Shown here in pieces: positions 55,306 through 64,000 of a stretch of DNA of 64,000 nt. Below the pieces are notes generated by a model. That model had not been told where the DNA came from, did no database searches, and saw only the letters and a program-made list of their open reading frames with translations. The translations under genes were made by a program, and so were the position numbers. The DNA is taken from positions 19,220,001 through 19,284,000 of the forward strand of contig OX597819.1 of the NCBI GenBank assembly GCA_951406725.2, in the 5' to 3' direction. Origin of the DNA: Octopus vulgaris. Lineage: Eukaryota. The stretch's first letter is position 1. Each line of letters begins with the position of its first letter.

Positions 55306-55312
55306 ATGAAGG

Positions 55313-55313
<1 letters not shown>

Positions 55314-55401
<88 letters not shown>

Positions 55402-55443
55402 TTAATAATAATAATAACGGTGAGGATGATGATGATGATGATG

Positions 55444-55521
<78 letters not shown>

Positions 55522-55563
55522 TTAATAATAATAATAACGGTGAGGATGATGATGATGATGATG

Positions 55564-55623
<60 letters not shown>

Positions 55624-55665
55624 TTAATAATAATAATAACGGTGAGGATGATGATGATGATGATG

Positions 55666-55731
<66 letters not shown>

Positions 55732-55773
55732 ATAATAATAATAACGGTGAGGATGATGATGATGATGATGATG

Positions 55774-55866
<93 letters not shown>
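55314..55866. repeat. Higher-order repeat, 4 x [(AAT)n ATT (AAT)4 AAC GGT GAG (GAT)7-8]
   Basis: aacggtgagg at about 55416, 55536, 55638 and 55743. Confidence 0.95.
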
Positions 55867-55869
<3 letters not shown>

Positions 55870-56414
55870 TATTTTTATTAATAGTATCATCATCATCCTC
55901 ATCATGATCATCATGATCATCATAATCATCGTCGTCGTCATCATCATCATCATCATTATCATCATGTAATACATGAATTTTTTTCTTCCTACGATGTTTT
56001 CTGAATAATTTGAGCCAAATCGATCATTAATATTTCGCTGTATTTTTTAAAGTTCTTCTTATCATATTATTCTTCAGTCAGACCTGTTGCTGTTGTTGGT
56101 GTTATTGTTGCAAGTTGTTGTCAATATTACAGATCGATAATATTGCCTATTTTATTATCGTTATAGATTGATTTATGTCTTAATGTTTTCCTGTGGAAAT
56201 AAAATGTTTTATTAGAACAGAAACTGCACGCCATCTTACACGGCATAACATATATGCATATGCTTATACATGGTAAGTATCTACATATACACTCGCACAC
56301 ACTCATATTTATACATGCATATACATATACATACACATCTATGTATAAATACAAGTGTATATATATATATATACATATACATTTACATATACATATACAC
56401 ACACACACACACAC

Positions 56415-56465
<51 letters not shown>

Positions 56466-57199
56466 TATATAGTTATATAGACATATATATATATATATAG
56501 TTATATATATATATATAGACATATAATATTTATATTTTATTGTAAGCATATATCAACACGCACAGTCGTTCATACATACATACATACATACAACATACAT
56601 ATATATATACATGCATACATACATATATATACATGTATATATTATACACACATAGATATATCATATTCACACACTCACATACACATGCTATATATTTGTA
56701 ACTTGATAATTTCCATATACGCGCCCATGAATTATTCTCTGCTTCGACGTATTGGATAGCATAACTGTTTTTTTTTCCTCCTTTTATATTTGTTTATAAA
56801 TTCATTTATTTATATACATATGTGTCTATACATGTATTCATTGAGGCGTGTATGTATGTCCTTGTTTTCCTTTTCCTTGAGAATTTATTAAATTCCTGCG
56901 CAGATTTAAGCTAGTAACTTACAAAATGACATGACTTCTACGTTTGCGTCAAACGGAATATCACCAGAGTTATGCAAATGTGAGATTGCGAAGCAATATG
57001 TGCATGTGTACAGGCGCATGCGTGGACATACCTGCTCTAATTTAATAGGTGCAGTTATTTTTGTAGTATACAAGTATATGTGATTACATTTTATGAGTGT
57101 GCGTGCGTGTATAACATATGCGCACACATGATGGCGTCTCTTTCCTGTTCCTTCTACAAAACTGAAATGGCGAATATTTGGAATGCTTCACGCTTTCTT

Positions 57200-59300
57200 T
57201 CTTGATTATTAAGTCAGTGGTTTACAGGATGTTGCCTACGAGGCGATGATCTTTCTAGGAAAATCCTTGATATTTTATAATTTAATGAAAACATCTTGTT
57301 CTAGAGGCTACTGCATAGTGAGAATAGGATCTGCATCAGGATGTCTAGTTAGGAGAGAAACGTTTGGTAATAGTTCATCATATATTGTTTTGATTATCTA
57401 AGATAGTGGAACTCTGGCGACATAGGACATGCGTTGTTTCTGGTGGTAAATAGAATGTCATCCATTTAGCGATCTTTTGCGGTACAGCTGTTAACATTTC
57501 CTGAAAATTTTGTTAAGAGACATAGCTGCTGGCGATTTCCTTTACTTCTTCTCTGGGGACTTTTCACCAAATTATGCAGAATAGACCCAACGATGCATGT
57601 GCTGAAATAGATAAATGACGAGATGTTCAAAAGATACTTCAGCTGAAGTTAGTCCCAGCCATTTTGGTTGCGTTCAATCTAATGGAAGCACTCCGTCGGT
57701 TACGACGATGAGGGTTCCGGTTGATCCGAATCAACGGAACAGCCTATTCGTGAAATTAACGTGTAAGTGGCTGAGCACTCCACAGACATGTGTACCCCTA
57801 ACGTAGTTCTCGGGGATATTCAGCGTGACACAGAGAGTGACAAGGCCGGCCCTTTGACATACAGGTACAACAGAAACAGGAAGTAAGAGTGAGAGAAAGT
57901 TGTGGTGAAAGAGTACAGCAGGGATCACCACCATCCCCTGCCGGAGCCTCGTGGAGCTTTGGGTGTTTTCGCTCAATAAACACTCATAACGCCCGGTCTG
58001 GGAATCAAAACCGCGATCCTACGACCGCGAGTCCGCTGCCGTAACCACTGGGCCATTGCGCCTCCTGCGTTCAATCATGGCATAGTGAATACCTCTTGTA
58101 TGGAATTTTCTGGTGTTCATTCTTTCAAGTGCTCAACTGAGTTTCCCAAATAGCGATATGCTGAGTGCACGTAAGAAGTTACTTTGAACATAATCTTTAT
58201 TCCGGTGTTATATACACTCTCTTAATTCTGCCATGTTAGAAATTCAGCTTCCAACACTGAATATCTTTAAAATTCTCATAATACATCGGAGGAAGTTTGT
58301 CTCTTTATAAATAGTTTATTACACTGGCTTTGGTTTACGTCGTTTTAAAATCAAAAAGGAACGTTTTCCGACGCAAATCCATCTCTATCTCATTTAAGTT
58401 TGCAGTAGCAAGATTAAACTTCGTGCTATTCGTATTCTTATCAACTTAATTCAGTTCGGCCAAAAATAGATTATGTGCAGTAGTAATTTTTACCAGCCCT
58501 CATTTATACCAATCACACACTTTTTATTTAGATTTCTTTTCGATTCATAAAAAAAATAAATTTACTGAATGTTTAAGCTACATTAGAATAGAGTCTTAAT
58601 TAGCATTTGGTAATTATGGCTGTTCTTCAATAAACGATTTTCACAAATCAAGATTTTACGCTGCATGTTATTTGATATAATTGTATAGGTTTATGTTATT
58701 CACAGAACGATTTTTATTTGGAATATCTGTCTAGGATTCTGTACCGTATGAGTATTAGCATCACACTTTCTTGCATTCACCGTCAAGATTGTGAATCAGG
58801 CACTTATTATGGTCCCTTACCAAATCGAAAGCCACAAGTAGTTATGAATGGAAAGCTGCATCTTACGATTTCCTTTAATCCAGTCAAAGATTAACAAAAT
58901 TCATCCAAAACAACTAAGCCTTCAACATAACTGTTTAACTTATTAACCACTTCTCAGCGGATCCAGCAGAATCTTTCGTACATTCCCTTATATTTGTCCA
59001 ATCATAGTAATTCTGTAGGTAAAGCTTGTAGGTTATATGTATATATGTTATAAATGAGGTCCATAGTATTTTTTTCCATGCCATTCATATGTTTGCTATC
59101 AGATTTCTTTCTTCCAACGAAAGATAACCTAACATATATTTCCATTAAGCTTTATAAGGCGCCGCCCCATTGTGATAAATTCAAAGTCAGTCTATGTGTT
59201 AATCTCCAACAATCAATCTCTTTCGCATGCTTTCTTATACTGAATTCTTTTCTTCTCTTTTCTGCGATTCTCAGGGTTCTCCATTAAAAGCGTATTTTGT
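57200..59300 (-). pseudogene. Possible very decayed non-LTR retrotransposon, interrupted by a SINE
   Basis: Scattered CGFRFGKG, AYRYLG and KWLGL peptides in RT order. Confidence 0.35.
57680..58065 (-). mobile_element. tRNA-SINE, family C head with tail type 3, full length, 11-bp TSD
   Basis: Head GGAGGCGCAATGGCCCAGTGGTT...GGTTTTGATTCCC; TGCGTTCAATC at 57669-57679 and 58066-58076. Confidence 0.93.
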
Positions 59301-60131
59301 TCTGTGTACATTGCATCCGAAGTAACCTTCATGTCACTGCTAAATGTTTTCTTCACAATAAATTCGAAATTCTCTGTGAAGGAAACTCTACGGCATTGAT
59401 TGATTGTCCTATTGTATCTCTGTAAACTGGTCATTGCTTTCCACTAAATTTCTCCATTCATACCAGAGTTTGTCACTCACAGATTTTGATCGTTTCTATA
59501 AAGACAGTAAATTTATATTCAAAAGGTCTCTATTTCTCTCAGCAAATATAGATTCTATTCGTTTTTACATATGTTATTGAGGAAAGCAACATTTTCTTTC
59601 TATCATTTCTTGCTTTTCTTTTTTTTAACTTTTATTTTTCTTGCTTCCAAGTTATAGTCTTCTTCAGATCAGAAATATTATTTTTCAGTTTTCTAAATTC
59701 AAGATGGCAATTTATTGTTTTGCATTCATTCATTTCCTTCGTATATCCAACTAACTGCTTTCCAGCAGATGCTACCAAATACAAACAATATATCCAGAAG
59801 TAATACGAAGGACTATTAGCTTTGTAGTAATTATCCATCCCAGATTTCATTAACGTCAATTCCGCACATTTGCGCGCCTCCCATTAATGCCATTCAAATC
59901 TGATCTCTATAATAGTGGAAATTTTAAGAACCAACAAATCTATTCTTGTAAAATTATACTACGAATATGTTCCGTTTCTTTCTATCCTTCGCTCTTCTAG
60001 TTTCTATTAACGTCATCCTTGCCGTTTTTTGGTACAATCACCGGAGCAGACGATCGATCAAACTGCGTTGCAATATAGTAATAATAACATGAGAGAGATA
60101 TCTTGTGAAAGGCAGTGTTATCATTGCTATA

Positions 60132-60383
60132 CTCTCTTACTCTTTGCTCTTTTATTCGTTTCAGTCATTTGACTGCGACCATGCTGGAGCACCACCTTTT
60201 AGTCGATCAAATCGAACCCAGGACTTATTCTTTGGAAGCCTAGTACTTATTCTATCGATCTGTTTTGCCGAACCGCTTATTTACGGAGACGTAAACACAC
60301 CAACATATGTTGTCAAGTAATGTTGGGGGGACCAACACAGACACACAAATATATACACACACATACATACATACATACATACA

Positions 60384-60417
<34 letters not shown>

Positions 60418-60580
60418 CGACAGGCTTTTTTCAGTTTCCGTCTACCAAATCCACTCACAAGGCTTTGGTCGACCCGAAGCTATAGTAGAAGACAGTTGCC
60501 CAAGGTGCTACGCAGTGGGAATGAACTCGGAGCCATGTGGATGGTAAGCAAGCTACTTATCACACAGTCACTCCTGCGCC
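60132..60580 (-). mobile_element. SINE, family A, full length
   Basis: Reverse complement colinear with 2450-2868. Confidence 0.9.
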
Positions 60581-61076
60581 TATAAGCGGTTTTGCTTTAA
60601 GAACATATTTCTATAACGTTATTTGTACAGATTTTACATTTCAAGTGAATAAAGTCACCTGAAAACTTATTCACAATCACTAGTCGTCTTCTTGCGTTTA
60701 CCAAAAGACGTCTGTTAGCAGAGTTTGTTTGTCTTCGAACAATTTGTCTCATAGAAAAGTTCCTCCAAGAATAACTTCCTTCTCTTTATAAAAGATGCAG
60801 AAGAACCCTTTTATTTTATTAAGTTTAAATAGATTTTGTGTTCAGAACCCAAAATTATTGATATTGTTGTGATCCGGTAGCCTCATGAAGCTTCGAATTT
60901 TAGGGAGTCTAGCAGATGAACAATGACACTCACCTAAATAGCAAAATTTTTTGTTTTAATTTCATCAAGAACACCTGTCGAAAACGGATCACTAATCCAC
61001 AATGGAAACCGTTTCAGAGAAAGTCAGATATTCAAGAATTTTTACTGTTATCATCTCTCTGTTTTTCAAACACAGA

Positions 61077-61163
<87 letters not shown>

Positions 61164-61601
61164 CGTGTGTGTGTGATTTTGTGACACTCTCCTCGGTGAA
61201 GTGTCTTATGAATTTCGTTTTAGATTAGCGTTAATTTCGTATTCTTAAGCCGCAAGGTGTAACTTGAGTAATAATGATTGAATAACAACATGTCTCTTAA
61301 GACGAATCACTGAAGAAGGAAAGTATTTCTGCCAAAGGAATCACCCATCCGAAATGATGCGATCTTCCATTAATTCCACAACCTACCTCATTGGATGCAT
61401 TCCAGTTTTTCTACAATATGAACCAATTTTGGCACTTCATAAGTGTCCTACCATCAAATTGATATGACATTATGTCTATGTGTGAGTTTGTCTGGCTCTG
61501 TGCAAATGTTCGTATCAGAATTGCGTGTTGCTATGCTTATGTGTGTAAGCGTTTCTAAAATAAATGGATTCGCACATACACTAACTCCGTGTAATTTTAG
61601 G

Positions 61602-61737
<136 letters not shown>

Positions 61738-62384
61738 GTATTGTTTATTACTGCCACTAGGCACTATCCTTTCATTCAATATAGAAAAATGTCACAACTT
61801 AAGTGGATAAAAAAATTGATGATATATAAAAATGAAAATAACAATTATAATATAACCATGTTTAATAAAACAGCGCTTCTCCATTGCTACGAAAATAACC
61901 ATTTACGTCGATGATTTGTCATCGAATAAAACTAAACCAAATATAGCTGGTGAAAATTTGGAATGATATCCACGTATGTAATGCATTAACTTATTATTGA
62001 AATGTTATTTTCTTTTGCCAAATATTAGTTCTGTATTGTTAATGTTCAGATTAATTGCCAACTGGCCAGCATTTCTGTAAAAACAAAGTAACAGCGACCG
62101 AGCCAGGTCAACGCTCGAAACATTCATTTCAAAAAGAGAGAATAATGTATAATGCTTTAAATAGGTTCATAAACATTACAAGTAAATGAAGCGAGGGGAA
62201 TTATATAAACCGATAAAAAAACGCAACTGTGGGACATACAAGGTCCGCAAATATAATATACTTAATGTAATGTTGGCCTCTAATACTAAACAAGAGGCAA
62301 CCAGAAAATACAAGTATAACCAGGGACGAAATAATCTGAATATGAATGTAATTTTATAAAAGCGTAAGCTTAAACTAAAATAGA

Positions 62385-62630
62385 TATCGTACTGAAGCGG
62401 TGTTGCGCTCATAATCACATGATTGTTCTTTCGATTCCAGAACCGGACAGCATGTTGTGTTCTTAAGCAAAATACTTCATTTCACGTTGCTGTGTTGCTA
62501 TTGTCTGCAAATGAGGAACCTTGAGACACACAAGAGTCCTGTTCAGTGGGGTGTGTTGTGATCTCGGTGGCTTCTACGCCATGGAAACCGGGTAACAGAG
62601 GCTATAACTCCTAGGACTCGAAAAGAAATT
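62385..62630 (+). mobile_element. Decayed tRNA-SINE with tail type 2
   Basis: ttcgattccagaaccgg...ttaagcaaaatacttcatttcacgttgct...tacgccatggaaaccggg. Confidence 0.6.
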
Positions 62631-63820
62631 ATTTTTACTGTCACATTGAAACAATCGTCTCAACTGCAAATTGAAATATAGAAAGATTATGGTTAAATTT
62701 TGTAAATATTAACCCCAGAGAGAGAGAGAGAGAGTGAAAAGAAAATAAGCAAATCATAACACCATGACTCCTTTACCAGTTAAACAAAACTTCACTTGAA
62801 CTACACCAAGAAAACAATTGCATGCATTTATGAAAAACAAAATCCCTCGCGACCCACAAGAAAATAAGGCCGGTTTCCCGAATTCGTTGGCCGACATATT
62901 TTCAGTCTGAGACGTCGGTCCGTCAAAATATTACATATATTTGTTGAATGAGAGAACTGGAGCAACTTGAAATAATGTTTGGTAATCAAGAACGTATTAC
63001 AATGCCTGCTCTAGGAATCGAAACTGAAATCATACCAAAATAAAAAGATTATTGTTGTGCTTTGCGATACTTTGCTTTCGATTCAAATGTCAAATATCAC
63101 AAGATAAAATTTTTTCTTTCGTCTTTTTAGATAAAAGGTGGTCGATGCATCATCCGATTGAGTGGGCTGCAATATAGCTGCGTTAGGAAAGATACGTTCT
63201 TTAGTTTTAGGACCATTGCGATGCTTTCTCTGCATATCCGAGCGCAGAACTTTCTTAACAGAATTTTTTGTGGTAATTAAAGCTTTTTCTGTAGTAGGAG
63301 TATATACCAAGTTGCCTTATAATCTCTAAGTTGAGCACTTTTGGAAATGCAGCAGGATAAATATACCTTTTATCTGTTCGTGATGCATAATATTATGGAA
63401 AAGACTTGTACTAGAATCGATGCAATCGGCTAAATCCTTCTCTGCTAATATTGTTGGCCTTCAGCCCAAATTAAGAACAATTATTTTAATTAGATTCATC
63501 ATCTTTACACTAATCATAATAGAATTAGCAGAATCGTTACGATATTTATTTCAGGAATATGCATTCTGTAGTCAAACCTCTCGTGGTCACATTTGCTTTC
63601 CATCTCTTCCGGGTTGCTAAAGTAGAGAAAACGATGGAAACATAACTAACTTGTACAAAATTCTCACCGTACGATGAAGAGAAAGACATTCCAGATGAAA
63701 ACGGAACAAAAACTGGTTCGAGACAAAAGGGAAGAAGAGAAAAAGGCCACAAAGAAATGAATCAATACAGAGAAAGCAAAAAAACAGTGAAGACGAGTAA
63801 TTCTTCATAATCGACAACAA

Positions 63821-63988
63821 TTTAAACTTCTTTAGAAAGCTAGTGTTATGAGAAATTCACAATTTTCTTTATTTACTTTCCAGGGCAGGCATATTGCTCT
63901 GGAAAGTAACAAGAGAAAATTATAAATTTGTGATAAGACTAGCTTTCGGAAGAAGTTAAAATGGCTCGAAAGCACTTAAGTGTAAAGT
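63821..63988. repeat. Inverted repeat (about 66-bp arms, 7-nt loop) running into a degenerate hammerhead motif
   Basis: 63821-63887 versus 63895-63960; plus strand gcttt-CGGAAGA-agtta(aaa)tggctc-GAAA-gcacttaagtg-TA-aagt. Confidence 0.75.
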
Positions 63989-64000
63989 ATAAGAAACATT

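Noticed and set aside
55314-55866. CRISPR-like repeat-spacer array
   Set aside because: The spacers are plain (AAT)n, the context is eukaryotic and there are no cas genes.
57990-58065. Possible tRNA gene
   Set aside because: It is the head of a TSD-flanked SINE and continues into the SINE body.
61308-61368. CTGAAGA...GAAA hammerhead candidate
   Set aside because: No adjacent stem I pairing and a long unstructured stem II loop.

Overview
AT-rich, microsatellite-saturated eukaryotic DNA with no supportable host protein-coding exon; almost all listed ORFs are translated simple repeats. The repeat content most resembles Octopus genomic DNA (recalled, not searched). The window holds: many tRNA-derived SINEs of about four head/tail combinations, non-autonomous Helitrons, pogo/Tc1-type MITEs, a mariner relic, decayed R4/Dong-type (RLE) and RTE-type LINEs, and a Penelope-like relic. 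Two signals stand out. First, a near full-length U2 snRNA copy (1789-1973, minus) is joined to a retroelement 3' tail whose terminal stem-loop covaries with the local SINE tail. Second, about eight minimal type I hammerhead-ribozyme motifs occur in unrelated sequence contexts, several inside fold-back inverted repeats, including a perfect 165-bp palindrome carrying one on each strand. All alignments, folds and translations were done by eye; boundaries of decayed elements are approximate.
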